Shown here piece after piece: positions 38,436 through 48,629 of a stretch of DNA of 64,000 nt (position 1 is the stretch's first letter; each line of letters starts with the position of its first letter). The notes under the pieces are model-generated. The model saw only the letters and a list, made by a program, of their open reading frames with translations, ran no database searches and was not told the origin of the DNA. Source of the stretch: Vicinamibacteria bacterium (GTDB lineage: Bacteria > Acidobacteriota > Vicinamibacteria > Marinacidobacterales > Marinacidobacteraceae); NCBI GenBank assembly GCA_963668695.2, contig CAXXLQ010000004.1:1952001-2016000 (forward strand). Reading direction: 5' to 3'. A program made the translations under genes and the position numbers.

Positions 38436-38634
38436 ACCGCCTATGAACAAGGTCACGCGGCGTTCGGCCGGCGATGCATCCCGGCTGAACCGCGACGCTT
38501 CACGTCGCTCATCGTTGCGCTTCGGTCGAAATACATCAGGTATTCCTCCCTCGCGCGCCTTGTCAACCGGACCCCCACCGGGAGAACTGGGCCTCACCGG
38601 CCTCGGCACTCACGCGACCTCGTCCATAGGCGGT
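38436..38634 (-). mobile_element. MITE-like element (family A variant with ACCGCCTATG/CATAGGCGGT ends)
   Basis: Body is the reverse complement of family A; both termini carry matching substitutions. Confidence 0.8.
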
Positions 38635-38639
38635 TACCC

Positions 38640-40520
38640 ATGACCCGGAGTATCCGAGTCCGTTTTTCCAGGAAATCCCGGGGCGGAGCGCCCCCTGGCG
38701 ATGCGGAGGATCCCGCCGAGGCGTCCGGGGCGGAGCTCGGCGACGCGTTCCAGGAATTCGATCCTTTCCCCGAAGGCGCTCCCATTCTTCCGGACCCGTC
38801 CCTCACCGCCGCCGAAAGAGCCGAAGCGGAGGAGGAGGCGTCCCAGGGCATCCCCACCTCCGCGGCCAGCGCCCCCTCGCCCGGCGAGCGGCGGGTGGAG
38901 GGCCGGTTCCAGGAAGCGATGGCGCGGGCCCGCAGCCGCGCGGAAGAGGCGCTCGCCCGGTCACGCGCGGCGCAGCGCGAGGCGCGGACCCGGGCCATCC
39001 GGGTCGAGGCCGGGGCTGCCCGCGAACGGGACCGCGCCCTCTCCCTCGCCGACGTTCAGGCCGCCTGTCAGCGGATCGACACTCGGCACCTCAACGCGCA
39101 GACCGCCGCGAAGGAACTCGCCGGCTTCCGCCGGGAGCGCGGGATTCCCGACTACGTCACGCCCCGGCCCTCCACCCGGGGCTGGGTGTGGCTCCTGATT
39201 GCGGTTGCCGCCGTCGAAACGACCGCAAACGGACTGCTGCTGCACGCGGCGTCCACCGAGGGGGTCGTATCGAACTGGCTCTTTGCCGCCCTGGTTACGG
39301 CGATGAATGTCGGCCTCCTCGGGTGGCTCGTGGGGGACCTGATCTTCCGCCGGATGCTCGGCGCCGGAGCCCTCCGGCGGTGGCTGCTGGCCGGAAGCCT
39401 CGTGCCCTGTCTGTTCCTCGCCGGGCTGCTTCACTTCGGCTTCGCGCACTACCGGGACGCGGTCTCGGCGCTCGACGCCTCCCAGGCCGCCGCCATCCTC
39501 GATCTGGACGATATCGACGCCACGGCGGACGAAGCGGGCGCCGGGACCGATCCGCATCCGCCGCCGCCTCTGAGTGTGGAAGAGGCGGTCACCGGCGAAC
39601 TGCGGGCCCAGTTCTTCTGGTGGCGGCCGGGTGCGAGCGTCGTGGATCACCCTGCCGATCTGCCGGCGGACGACCATTCGGCGGATGCCGTCAGGCAACT
39701 TGCCGCCGGGAGCGTCGGGTATCGGGCGGAAAACGGGGCTCTGGTGATGGTCGAGGATCCGTTCGCGGGGAGATTCGAGGGGTGGCGCTCGATGCTCCTG
39801 CTCGGAGTCGGCTTCACCGCCTTGCTGCTCGCGGCGTGGAAGTGGTTCGGCGGTCGGGAACCGATTCCCCACTTCGCCCGCCTGCACGGAGCGCGGGAAG
39901 AGACCGCTCGCGCGCTACCGGAGGAATACGAGCGATCCCTGGGCAAACTGAGCGACGAGGAGCGGCGCCACCGGCAGCGGCTCGGCGATGGGGAGTCGGA
40001 GATCCTGGCGCTCGGTAGCCGCCTCGCGGGCCTGGACGCCGCCAGGCGGCGGACGCTCGTTCGCGAGTCGGAGCTCCTGGAGCTCATCGCCGCCGCCGGA
40101 GCGAGCGCCATCGAGGACTTCCGGGAGCTGGGCCGGCAGCGGCGCCTCTCGAGCGATCCGTTCCCGGCGTTTTGGAGTTCGCCCTGGGCGCCGGCGTCTT
40201 CGCGCCGCGACGAGGAGGAAGAGTCCCGCTGGGCGGGGGATCAGGAACGGGCGCTGTTCGAGGTCATGGAGACCGCGGAACGGGTCCGCCTCGCGAACGC
40301 CGCCCATGTCGGCCGGGTGGCGCAGGCGTTTGCGGAGGCGCGGGAACGGCTCGCTCAGGCGGCGCGGATTCCGGGGGCGCGCCGGCGTCCTCCGGGCCCT
40401 CCCGGCGGCGGGCCGCCTTCTCCCCCGGGCGGGAAGCCTTTGCCCCCGGGCGCGGGGGATGTCCGCCTCGTGCCCAGTCAGGCGGGAGAATCCGACCGCC
40501 GCCTGGAGATCGCGTCCTGA
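38640..40520 (+). CDS. Uncharacterised multi-TM / coiled-coil protein
   Basis: Helical N-terminus, TMs with VETTANG, AMNVG and FAHYRDA, a further TM, then a long helical C-terminus. Confidence 0.7.
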   Translation: MTRSIRVRFSRKSRGGAPPGDAEDPAEASGAELGDAFQEFDPFPEGAPILPDPSLTAAERAEAEEEASQGIPTSAASAPSPGERRVEGRFQEAMARARSRAEEALARSRAAQREARTRAIRVEAGAARERDRALSLADVQAACQRIDTRHLNAQTAAKELAGFRRERGIPDYVTPRPSTRGWVWLLIAVAAVETTANGLLLHAASTEGVVSNWLFAALVTAMNVGLLGWLVGDLIFRRMLGAGALRRWLLAGSLVPCLFLAGLLHFGFAHYRDAVSALDASQAAAILDLDDIDATADEAGAGTDPHPPPPLSVEEAVTGELRAQFFWWRPGASVVDHPADLPADDHSADAVRQLAAGSVGYRAENGALVMVEDPFAGRFEGWRSMLLLGVGFTALLLAAWKWFGGREPIPHFARLHGAREETARALPEEYERSLGKLSDEERRHRQRLGDGESEILALGSRLAGLDAARRRTLVRESELLELIAAAGASAIEDFRELGRQRRLSSDPFPAFWSSPWAPASSRRDEEEESRWAGDQERALFEVMETAERVRLANAAHVGRVAQAFAEARERLAQAARIPGARRRPPGPPGGGPPSPPGGKPLPPGAGDVRLVPSQAGESDRRLEIAS

Positions 40521-41287
40521 ACCGTCAGGGCCTGGCCGTTTTCCTCGCGGCAACGATTCTGCCCGGGATCCTGCCCGGGCTGTCGGGTTGCGGCGGGGAG
40601 GGGAACCCATGCACCGATTGGCCGACCGGGTTGCCCCCCCAGACGGTCGTCGTGGTGATGGACGCCACCGACGGTCTTTCCCGTCCCCAGCGGGAGGACA
40701 TGTGGAGCCGGATTCGTCCGGTCGCGGAACGGGCGCCCGCCGGCTCGGTGTTCCACCTCTTCGAGGTCCGCTCGGACGCGCCCGGTGGCGTTCGGGAACT
40801 GGGGGTGGTTCGTCGGCCCCCGCATCCTTGCGAGGTCAACCACTGGTCCGACAACCCCGACCAGCGGGCCGCGCAATGGGGGCCGCGCTACCTGCGCCCG
40901 CTGCGCGACGCACTGGGGGCGATGTCCCGGGCGGCCCCGAGCGACTCCTCGGCCATCCTCCAGGCACTACAGGCCGCCGCGCGCGCCTTCGGCGAATCCC
41001 CGGAGTCCGAAGGACGGCTCATCCTGGTCTCCGATCTCCTGCAGAACGTGGGCGTGGACTTCTACCGGGGGGTCCCCGACTTCGGCCGGTTCCGCGACAG
41101 CGCCCTCTATCGCGAGGTACGCACCCGGTGGTTCGCCGGGGTCCGGCCCACCGTGCTCCAGCTTCCTCCGCGCCGCGAGGGGTCAGTGAATGAAGAGGCG
41201 TTGCGTCGCTTCTGGGCCGCGTACTTCACCGACCAGGGAATGCTGGATGTGGAGACCGCCTTCCTCCCCGTAGAAGGTGCGCGCTAG
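40517..41287 (+). CDS. vWA-like lipoprotein (probable CTG start)
   Basis: Lipobox LSGC; VVVMDATD, SAILQAL and LILVSDLLQN; CTGA overlap with the upstream stop and GGAG RBS. Confidence 0.65.
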   Translation: MNRQGLAVFLAATILPGILPGLSGCGGEGNPCTDWPTGLPPQTVVVVMDATDGLSRPQREDMWSRIRPVAERAPAGSVFHLFEVRSDAPGGVRELGVVRRPPHPCEVNHWSDNPDQRAAQWGPRYLRPLRDALGAMSRAAPSDSSAILQALQAAARAFGESPESEGRLILVSDLLQNVGVDFYRGVPDFGRFRDSALYREVRTRWFAGVRPTVLQLPPRREGSVNEEALRRFWAAYFTDQGMLDVETAFLPVEGAR

Positions 41288-41297
41288 GGGAGTGGCC

Positions 41298-41528
41298 AGG
41301 AGCGCCGGCCAGTTCTCCCGGTGGGGGCCTCCAGACCGGCATCGCGGCCGCAGGCCGCGAGACTCCCACCGCTACCTTGGCCCATAGCTGGGACCCCATA
41401 CGAGGACGGCGAAACGCCCCTTGGGTTCGTATCCGCCATCCCCATTGTCCGCAGCGACATGCGGGGAATGAAGTACGGGAGTTTCACTCCCCTGCGGGGA
41501 GCGATGCCGGTGTGAACACCGGCGCTCC
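41298..41528. repeat. REPIN-like element (family B): inverted pair of REP hairpins
   Basis: GGAGCGCCGG[18-mer]..CCAGACCGGCATCGC ... GCGATGCCGGTGTGAACACCGGCGCTCC; related to 55186-55470 and 62923-63520. Confidence 0.7.
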
Positions 41529-41530
41529 TA

Positions 41531-41766
41531 ACAGCCTGTGGTGAAACCCGGGTGAGCGCCGAGGTTGGCCAGTTCTCCCGGTGGGGGCGAGGCCCAGTTC
41601 TCCCGGTGGGGCCAGTCCTCCCGGTGGGGGCCCGGCTGACAAGGCGCGTGAGGGAGGAATACCTGGTGTATTTCGACCGAAACGCAACGCAGAACGGAGC
41701 GAAGCGGAGTGGTTCAGCCGGGATGGATCGCCAGCCGAACGCCGCTTGGGTTTTACCACAGGCTGT
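41531..41766 (+). mobile_element. MITE-like element (family A) inserted within a family-B repeat region
   Basis: TA|ACAGCCTGTGG...CCACAGGCTGT|TA; the family-B module GCGACAGCGGAAG continues at about 41773. Confidence 0.88.
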
Positions 41767-41834
41767 TAACTAGCGACAGCGGAAGCGCGTATTCCCAACC
41801 ACCGTCACATCGCCGGGCAGGCCAGCGCCGCCCC

Positions 41835-44000
41835 TTACCGCGAGAATCCGAACCGGTATGCAGCCGACACCCGCAGACTGCGCCCCGGTTGCGGGACCAC
41901 CGCCGGGAACACCGCGTAGTACTGATCCGTCACGTTGTTCACCGCGAGGGTCCAGTCCACCCCGGCGAGGGGTCCCTGATCCGGGGTGAACCGCAGGAAC
42001 AGGTCGACGATCCGGTAGCCGGGCGCTTCCGCGTCGGAGGACGGGTCGGCTGACCGGCTCGCGGCCAGTCCCCGAGTCCTGCTTCCGGCGAAGCTCGCCC
42101 GGCCGCCGATTTCGAGATCGAGGACCGGAATCCGGGTGCTCGCCATGAGGTGGAGCGCGTTGGCCGGCGCCCTTCCGAGGGGGTCTCCGGTGGCGAGGTC
42201 TTCGGTGTCGAGGAGCGAACCGCTTGCCCGCATCCGGAACCTGGGTTTTTGAAAGAGTGCTGCGCTTTCGCAGCCCCTCAGTCGGGCGTCCAGCGACAGG
42301 TTGAAGGTCGAGCCCTGCAGGATGGTGAGGCCCGTGACCGGGTCCAACTCGGGTTGGAAGGCGGGATCCGCTACGAACACCACCTGATCCACGTAGTTCC
42401 CGACCGTCTGGTCGAAGCAGGTGGCCTCGAACGACCAGGCGCCGCGGCCGCCCCGGAATCCGGCTTCCCAGGAGGTGCCCCGTTCCGCGGCAAGCGTCGG
42501 ATCGGGCCGGAACCAGTTGAGCAGCTGGATCCCGCTGCCCACGGGGAATTGGAAGTGGAGTCCGTCGGCGTAGAGCTCGGTCAGACTGGGCACCCGGAAC
42601 CCGCGGGAGGCGCCGACCCAGACGAAGGCGGCATCCGCCAGGCGGAAACCGGCAGAAGCCCGGGGCGACATCTGGCCCTCGTCGCGTCCCGCGAAACGGT
42701 CCGCGCGGATCCGCCAGTTGTCGCGCCGGAGGCCGAGCGCGAGCTGCAACCGTTCGTGGACCTCGGCTTCGCCGTAGGCGAAGGCCCCGAAGTAGGCGGC
42801 CTCGGCGTCCGGAAACTGGAGCCTGGGCGCCGCGTCCCGCGTTCCCGACTGGCGGTCCCGGTAGGCCTCGGCGCCGACGTTCAGGGTGAAGCGCACCGCA
42901 TTGCCCCATCGGAATCGGGAGCTGTTGTTCGCCTCGATGCCCACAGTTTCGAACGCGGTGTCGTCCCGGCGGGTCAGGATCCGCATGTCTTCACCGACTT
43001 CTACTGCGTTGCGGTAGCCGAGGATGGACAGATCGACCCATTCGGACTCGCGGGAGCGGGTGGTGAAGCGGGCCCTGAGCGCTTCGAAGCGGGTGTCCCG
43101 GTCCACCAGGGTGCCGGTGAGATCGTTCGCGTTCGTGGGTTCCGCCGCCAGATTGTCGAAGCCCTGGAAGGAGACTTCCCAGCGGGTCACGGCGTTCGGG
43201 GTCCAGCCGAGCTTCACCAGGGCGTTCCGGAGTTCGTCCTCGGTGTTGGGAATCGCGTCGCCGTTCCCGTCGCGGATGGGCGCGCGCGTTCCCCCGAGGC
43301 CGAAGTTGACCAGCCCGTCGAATGTCTCGCTCGCCGCGAAGGCGGAAAAGGACTGGATGAGATCACCGCCGTTCGACTGGTAGCCGACCCGGTAGCGGCC
43401 GCCGAACTCTTCCCCGGCCTTCAGCAGGTCACGCGCGCTCCGGGTGGTGAGCGACACCACTCCTCCGAGGGCGCCGCTGCCGAAGACGGCGGAGTTGGCT
43501 CCGCGGAGGACTTCGACGCGCTGGAGGAGGTCCGGGTCGGTGAAGAATCTCCCTCCATGGGCGGCGTTGAAGTTCTGCCGCCCCCCGTCCTGGCGCACGA
43601 CTACCTGCTGGTCGGCGAAACCGCGGATGTTCGGCGATTCGGTGATCCGGCGGGCGTTCCCCTGAATGGCGAGGCCCGGAATGCCTTCGAAGAGGTCGGC
43701 AAACGTGCGCGCGGCCTCCGAAGCGAGTTCCTCTTCCGTGCGCACCGCGATGGCCGCCGGAGCCGTCAGGAGCGGAGATTCGACACGCGACGCGGTGACA
43801 ACCACCGTCTCGGACAGGACGGGTAGCTTCGTCCCTCGTTCTTCTTCGGGGCACTCTTCCTCTTCTGCCTGCCGCTCCTGCTCGGTCGCCGTCTGCGCGG
43901 GAGCGGAAAGCGGAGCGAACAGGATTCCGGCAAGCAGCCAGGCCAGCCGGTTGGTAGGGCCCGGGGGACTGGATCGCGGACTATCGGCCACGGGAGTCAT
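41835..44000 (-). CDS. TonB-dependent receptor (heme/hemoglobin-type)
   Basis: ETVVVTASR TonB box, PNIRG, RVEVLRGANSAVFGSGALGGVV, FRVPSLTELY, NNVTDQYY and PGRS motifs. Confidence 0.9.
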   Translation of the reverse strand: MTPVADSPRSSPPGPTNRLAWLLAGILFAPLSAPAQTATEQERQAEEEECPEEERGTKLPVLSETVVVTASRVESPLLTAPAAIAVRTEEELASEAARTFADLFEGIPGLAIQGNARRITESPNIRGFADQQVVVRQDGGRQNFNAAHGGRFFTDPDLLQRVEVLRGANSAVFGSGALGGVVSLTTRSARDLLKAGEEFGGRYRVGYQSNGGDLIQSFSAFAASETFDGLVNFGLGGTRAPIRDGNGDAIPNTEDELRNALVKLGWTPNAVTRWEVSFQGFDNLAAEPTNANDLTGTLVDRDTRFEALRARFTTRSRESEWVDLSILGYRNAVEVGEDMRILTRRDDTAFETVGIEANNSSRFRWGNAVRFTLNVGAEAYRDRQSGTRDAAPRLQFPDAEAAYFGAFAYGEAEVHERLQLALGLRRDNWRIRADRFAGRDEGQMSPRASAGFRLADAAFVWVGASRGFRVPSLTELYADGLHFQFPVGSGIQLLNWFRPDPTLAAERGTSWEAGFRGGRGAWSFEATCFDQTVGNYVDQVVFVADPAFQPELDPVTGLTILQGSTFNLSLDARLRGCESAALFQKPRFRMRASGSLLDTEDLATGDPLGRAPANALHLMASTRIPVLDLEIGGRASFAGSRTRGLAASRSADPSSDAEAPGYRIVDLFLRFTPDQGPLAGVDWTLAVNNVTDQYYAVFPAVVPQPGRSLRVSAAYRFGFSR

Positions 44001-44125
44001 GCGCCGGAAAGGCTAGCGTGGTGGGTGCTCAGAGAGACTCTTGGGCCACCCGAAAACGGGAAGAGGCCACGTCGGGTCGGATCCAACGCGCAGCGAGAGC
44101 GTTGAAGAACAGGGATAATCCGCCC

Positions 44126-44359
44126 ATGCCCATGACGAGAGCCGATGAGAAGCGGCGGGTCACCCTTCCGGACGTGACGCCGGGAGACGTGTTCGAGATC
44201 CGCAGTCCGGGGAACGGGGATTTCTTGCTGGTGCGTCAGCCCTCGCCGGCATCGCGGGCGCGCATGAGCCGGGCCGAGTGCCTCGACGCGATGGCGAAGA
44301 ACCCGCTCAAAATGCGCCTCAACTGGCAGGAGTTGCGCCAACTCACGCGCGAGCCATGA
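44126..44359 (+). CDS. Antitoxin-like small protein (AbrB/SpoVT-like)
   Basis: RADEKRRVTLP N-terminus, ..WQELRQLTREP; ATGA overlap with the PIN gene. Confidence 0.65.
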   Translation: MPMTRADEKRRVTLPDVTPGDVFEIRSPGNGDFLLVRQPSPASRARMSRAECLDAMAKNPLKMRLNWQELRQLTREP

Positions 44360-44992
44360 TCCTGTTGGACAGCAACGTCCTCATCTACGCTTCCGAACCC
44401 GGCGCCCGCTACCGCTCTTGGGCGACCGATGTCATCGTGGACGCGGTCTCCGCTGCGGGAGCGGCTGTTAACAGCCTGTGGTGAAACTCACGTGAACGCC
44501 GAGGTCGGTGAGGCCCAGTTCTCCCGGTGGGGGTCCGTCCGACGAGGCGCGTGAGGGAGGAATACCGGGTGTATTTCGACTGAAACGCAACGAAGAACGG
44601 AGCGAAGCGGAGTGGTTCGGGCGGGATGCATCGCCGGCCGAGCCCCCACCGGGAGAACTGGGCCGCGTGGGTTTTGCCACAGGCTGTTCACGCCGTCAGT
44701 CTCGCCGAGATCTGCGTCGGTGCCGAGGATCCAGATCTGGTGGTTGCCGAAATCCGTGCGTGGGGGATCGAAATCCTTGACATCCCTGCTTCCGCAGCCG
44801 TGCTTTCGGCTCGTGCATACCGGGCCTACCGCGAGCGCCGGCGCCGCCAGTCGGCGCTCGATGCCCCGGCCACACCCCTCCCTGACTTTTTTCATCGGCG
44901 CCCACGCTGAAGTGATGGGCTACTCGCTGGCGACGGCCGACACGTCCCGATTCGCGACCTACTTTCCCCAAGTGCCCCTGATCACGCCGTGA
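44356..44992 (+). pseudogene. vapC: VapC/PIN toxin disrupted by MITE insertion and a +1 frameshift
   Basis: MILLDSNVLIY...AAVN | MITE 44471-44687 | AVSLAEICVG...PLPDFF (T6 run at 44887-44892) IGAHAEVMGYSLATADTSRFATYFPQVPLITP. Confidence 0.88.
44471..44687 (+). mobile_element. MITE-like element (family A) inside vapC
   Basis: TA|ACAGCCTGTGG...CCACAGGCTGT|TC. Confidence 0.9.
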
Positions 44993-45148
44993 TCGAGGTG
45001 CCGCGGTCCGCCCCGACCTCCATCGGGCCTTCAGTTTCCACGGCCCCAGCGACCACGACGCTATCCGTGCTCAGCGCCGAGCGGACTACGCGGAGAGATC
45101 GGGAAGCTTGGTGGTCCCGCATGGAGTGGTTCGGGGTCCGTTGCCCCC

Positions 45149-46831
45149 TCAGTACCCCATCGCGGCGCCGTCCTTGCGCGGATCCGACCCGCCCAGCAGA
45201 ACCCCGTTCTCCCAGTCGATCATGATCGCCTGGTAGCCGCCGTAGGCCCCGAACCGGGTCATCAGGGTGTGTCCCATGCGCGTCAGCGCCGCCAGCGTGT
45301 CCGGGTCCACCCCGGACTCGATGCCCACCTCGGAACCGCCGTGGCGGAAGCGCGGCATCTCTCCGGCCTTCTGCACGTGCATGCCGAAGTCGATCATGTT
45401 GAGCAACACCTGGGTGTGTCCCTGGGGCTGCATGTCGCCCCCCATGACCCCGTACGTCAGCCAGGGCTTTCCGTCCCGGAACGCCATCCCGGGCATGTTC
45501 GTGTGCAGCGCCCGCTTGCCGGGTTCCAGTTCGTTCGGGTGGCCCTCTTCGAGGGAGAAGCCGGTGCCCCGGTTCTGCAGCGCGATGCCGGTTCCCGGCA
45601 CCACGAGCCCGGAACCGAAGGTGCCGAAGAGGCTGTAAATGAGCGAGATTGCGTTCCGGTCCTTGTCCACCACCGTGAGATAGATGGTGTCGCCGTCGTC
45701 GGTCATCCCCGGGGCGACTTCGCGCGCCGCCCGCTCCGGTTCGATCGCGGAACGCCGCGTCGCCGCGTAGCGTTTGGAGATCAAGGTGTCAACGGACACC
45801 CGCATGTGTTCGGGATCGCCGAGGTAGGCGTCCCGGTCGGCGAAGGCCAGCTTCTTGGCCTCGATGAGCCGGTGCAGGTAGGCGGCGGAGTTGTGGCCGA
45901 GCCCTGTGAGGTCGTCGTAGCCCTCGAGGATGTTCAGCATTTCGAGCGCCACGAACCCCTGCGAGTTCGGGGGAATCTGGAAGACCTCGACGCCCCGGTA
46001 AGTGGTGCTGATGGGGTCCACCCAGGTCGAATCGTGCGCCGCCAGGTCGTCCCTGGTGACGAAGCCGCCCTCGGCTTCTAAGAAGTCGTGGATCGCCTCG
46101 GCGATCTCGCCGCGGTAGAAGACGTCGGCGCCCTGGTCGGCGATCTTGCGGAGCGTCTTCGCGAAATCCGGCGACCGGAAAACCTCCCCGTGTTCAGGGG
46201 CGCGTTTCCCGTCCACCAGATAGGCATCCGCCGTCGCCGGGTGGCGGGCGAGCCTCGATTCTGCGGACTTCCACTGGACCGAGATGATCTCGGAGACCGG
46301 GAAACCTTCTTCGGCATGCTGGATGGCCGGCCGGAGCAGTTCTCCGAGCGGCCGGGTCCCGAAACGGCTCACCAGTTCGTCCCAGCCGTCAAGCGCTCCG
46401 GGCACGGTCACGACGAGCGGCCCGTTCCCCGGCATCCGGGTGAGCCCGTCGGCGCGGAGCTGGGCGGCGTCGGCTCTCGATCCCGCCCGGCCGGTGGCGT
46501 TCAGGCCGTGAAGCGTCCCGGTCTCCGCCTCGTAATAGAGCGCGAAGAGATCTCCCCCGATGCCGCACATCATCGGCTCGACCACGTTCAGTACCGCCGC
46601 TGCGGTGATTGCCGCGTCCACGGCGTTTCCGCCTTCCATCAGCACGCGCAGACCGGCCGCCGAAGCGAGCGGCTGGCTGGTGGCGATCATGCCGTTCGTG
46701 GCGAGCACCGCAGAACGGCCGAGCTTCGTGTCCTTCGCCGGCCGGTCGCCCGGCGCGGCCGTGGCGCTCACGCCGAGCGCGGCGCCTGCCATCAGGGACA
46801 TGGAGAGGGGCAGGAGAACGGAAAACCGCAT
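45149..46831 (-). CDS. ggt: Gamma-glutamyltransferase
   Basis: GGNAVDAAI, CGIGGD, TVPG, PPNSQG, DTIYL, LQNRG, MGGDMQPQGH and SDPRKDG motifs. Confidence 0.95.
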   Translation of the reverse strand: MRFSVLLPLSMSLMAGAALGVSATAAPGDRPAKDTKLGRSAVLATNGMIATSQPLASAAGLRVLMEGGNAVDAAITAAAVLNVVEPMMCGIGGDLFALYYEAETGTLHGLNATGRAGSRADAAQLRADGLTRMPGNGPLVVTVPGALDGWDELVSRFGTRPLGELLRPAIQHAEEGFPVSEIISVQWKSAESRLARHPATADAYLVDGKRAPEHGEVFRSPDFAKTLRKIADQGADVFYRGEIAEAIHDFLEAEGGFVTRDDLAAHDSTWVDPISTTYRGVEVFQIPPNSQGFVALEMLNILEGYDDLTGLGHNSAAYLHRLIEAKKLAFADRDAYLGDPEHMRVSVDTLISKRYAATRRSAIEPERAAREVAPGMTDDGDTIYLTVVDKDRNAISLIYSLFGTFGSGLVVPGTGIALQNRGTGFSLEEGHPNELEPGKRALHTNMPGMAFRDGKPWLTYGVMGGDMQPQGHTQVLLNMIDFGMHVQKAGEMPRFRHGGSEVGIESGVDPDTLAALTRMGHTLMTRFGAYGGYQAIMIDWENGVLLGGSDPRKDGAAMGY

Positions 46832-46880
46832 GAGGGGAACCTCCGGACAGGCAATCCTACGTGGAGCGCGAGCGCCGGGT

Positions 46881-48629
46881 TCAGGAACGTCCGCTTCGTT
46901 TCATGATGCGGGCCCAGGTGTCCCGGAGGCTCACCGTCCGGTTGAGGACCGGAGAGTCCGCCCGGTGATCCACCGGATCGGCGACGAAGTAGCCGAGCCG
47001 TTCCAACTGGATCCGCGCTCCGGGCTCGAGGTTCCGAAGCGCCGGCTCGACCTGCGCCGGAATGACCCGCATTGAGTCCGGGTTCAGGTCGCCGGCGAAA
47101 TCACCGTCCCGTCCCGGTTCTTCCACCCGGAAAAGCCGGTCGTAGAGCCGGACCGTGGCCGGGACCGCGTGCCGCGCGGAGACCCAGTGGAGGGTGGCGC
47201 GGACGCGCCTGCCGTCGGGGGCGTCTCCGCCGCGGCTGCCCGGATCCAGCCGGCAACGGATCTCCTGCACCCGCCCGTTCGCGTCCTTGGAGAAGCCGGT
47301 GCAGGTCACGAGGAAGGCGTAGCGGAGCCGCACTTCGCGACCGGGGGCGAGCCGGTAGAACTTTCGCGGCGGGTCTTCCAGGAAATCGGCCCGCTCGATC
47401 AGCAACTCCCGGGAAAACGGCACCGGCCGGGTTCCCGCCGCCGGATCCTCCGGGTTGTTCACCGCCTCGAAGATCTCCTCTCCGTCGTCCGGGTAGTTCT
47501 CGACCACGAGCCGCACCGGGTCGAGGACGCCCATGAAGCGGGGGCTCGTCCGGTTGAGTTCCTCGCGCACGGCGTGTTCGAGGAGGGCGATGTCCACGGT
47601 GCTGTCGCGCTTCGCCACCCCGACGCGCTCGCAGAAGGTCCGGATCGCTCCCGGCGGCACCCCCCGGCGCCGCAGCCCGGCGATGGTCGGCATCCTCGGG
47701 TCGTCCCACCCCGAGACGAATCCCTCCGCAACGAGGCGCAACAACCGGCGCTTGCTGAGCACGGTATAGCTCACGTTGAGCCTCGCGAACTCGATCTGGC
47801 GCGGGACGAACTTCGCCTGGCTCTCCGCCACGCACCAGTCGTAGAGCGGCCGGTGATCCTCGAACTCGAGGGTGCATAGCGAGTGCGTGATTCCCTCGAT
47901 CGAGTCGGAGAGCGCGTGGGCGAAGTCGTACATCGGGTAGATGCACCAGTCGTCACCCGTCCGGTGGTGGCGCAGCCGCCGGATCCGGTAGAGCGTCGGA
48001 TCGCGCAGGTTCAGGTTGGGGGAGGCCATGTCGATCCGGGCCCGCAGCACGTGCGCCCCGTCGGGAAACTCGCCCGCCCGCATGCGCCGGAACAGGTCGA
48101 GGTTCTCTTCGACGGTACGGCTGCGGTAGGGGCTCTCGCTGCCTGGGGACTCGAGCGTCCCGCGGGTTCGCCGGACCTCCTCGGCACTGAGGCTGTCCAC
48201 GTAGGCCTTGCCGCGCCGGATCAGCGTTTCCGCGAACTCGTAGAGGCGGTCGAAGTAGTCGGAGGCGAACTTTCGCGGACCTTCCCACTGGAATCCGAGC
48301 CACCGAACGTCCTCGGCGATCGACTCGACGTAGAGCGTTTCCTCCTTTGCCGGGTTCGTGTCGTCGTAGCGGAGGTTGCAGGTGCCCCCGTTCTCCGCCG
48401 CCACCCCGAAGTTCAGGACGATGGACTTTGCATGCCCGACGTGGAGGAAGCCGTTGGGCTCCGGCGGGAAACGCGTGCCCACCCGGCCGGCGTGCTTGCC
48501 CGCTGCGCGGTCGGCGGCGATGAAGGCCCGGATGAAGTCGGGCGGAGAGGGCGCCGGTAAGGGTGCCGGTACGGGCCCTGGCCCGCTCACCGTTTCGCCG
48601 TCGTTCTCCTGAGTCCTCCCGGTCGTCAT
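46881..48629 (-). CDS. glnS: Glutamine--tRNA ligase
   Basis: [54 protein letters not shown] and QLERLGYF motifs. Confidence 0.96.
   Translation of the reverse strand: MTTGRTQENDGETVSGPGPVPAPLPAPSPPDFIRAFIAADRAAGKHAGRVGTRFPPEPNGFLHVGHAKSIVLNFGVAAENGGTCNLRYDDTNPAKEETLYVESIAEDVRWLGFQWEGPRKFASDYFDRLYEFAETLIRRGKAYVDSLSAEEVRRTRGTLESPGSESPYRSRTVEENLDLFRRMRAGEFPDGAHVLRARIDMASPNLNLRDPTLYRIRRLRHHRTGDDWCIYPMYDFAHALSDSIEGITHSLCTLEFEDHRPLYDWCVAESQAKFVPRQIEFARLNVSYTVLSKRRLLRLVAEGFVSGWDDPRMPTIAGLRRRGVPPGAIRTFCERVGVAKRDSTVDIALLEHAVREELNRTSPRFMGVLDPVRLVVENYPDDGEEIFEAVNNPEDPAAGTRPVPFSRELLIERADFLEDPPRKFYRLAPGREVRLRYAFLVTCTGFSKDANGRVQEIRCRLDPGSRGGDAPDGRRVRATLHWVSARHAVPATVRLYDRLFRVEEPGRDGDFAGDLNPDSMRVIPAQVEPALRNLEPGARIQLERLGYFVADPVDHRADSPVLNRTVSLRDTWARIMKRSGRS

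Noticed and set aside
744-41768. 4-bp YTAR target duplication for the MITE
   Set aside because: It fits CTAG/CTAG cases but not GTAA/TTAG (19196 copy) or CTAA/TTAA. A 2-bp TA with a paired terminal base fits better, though not all copies.
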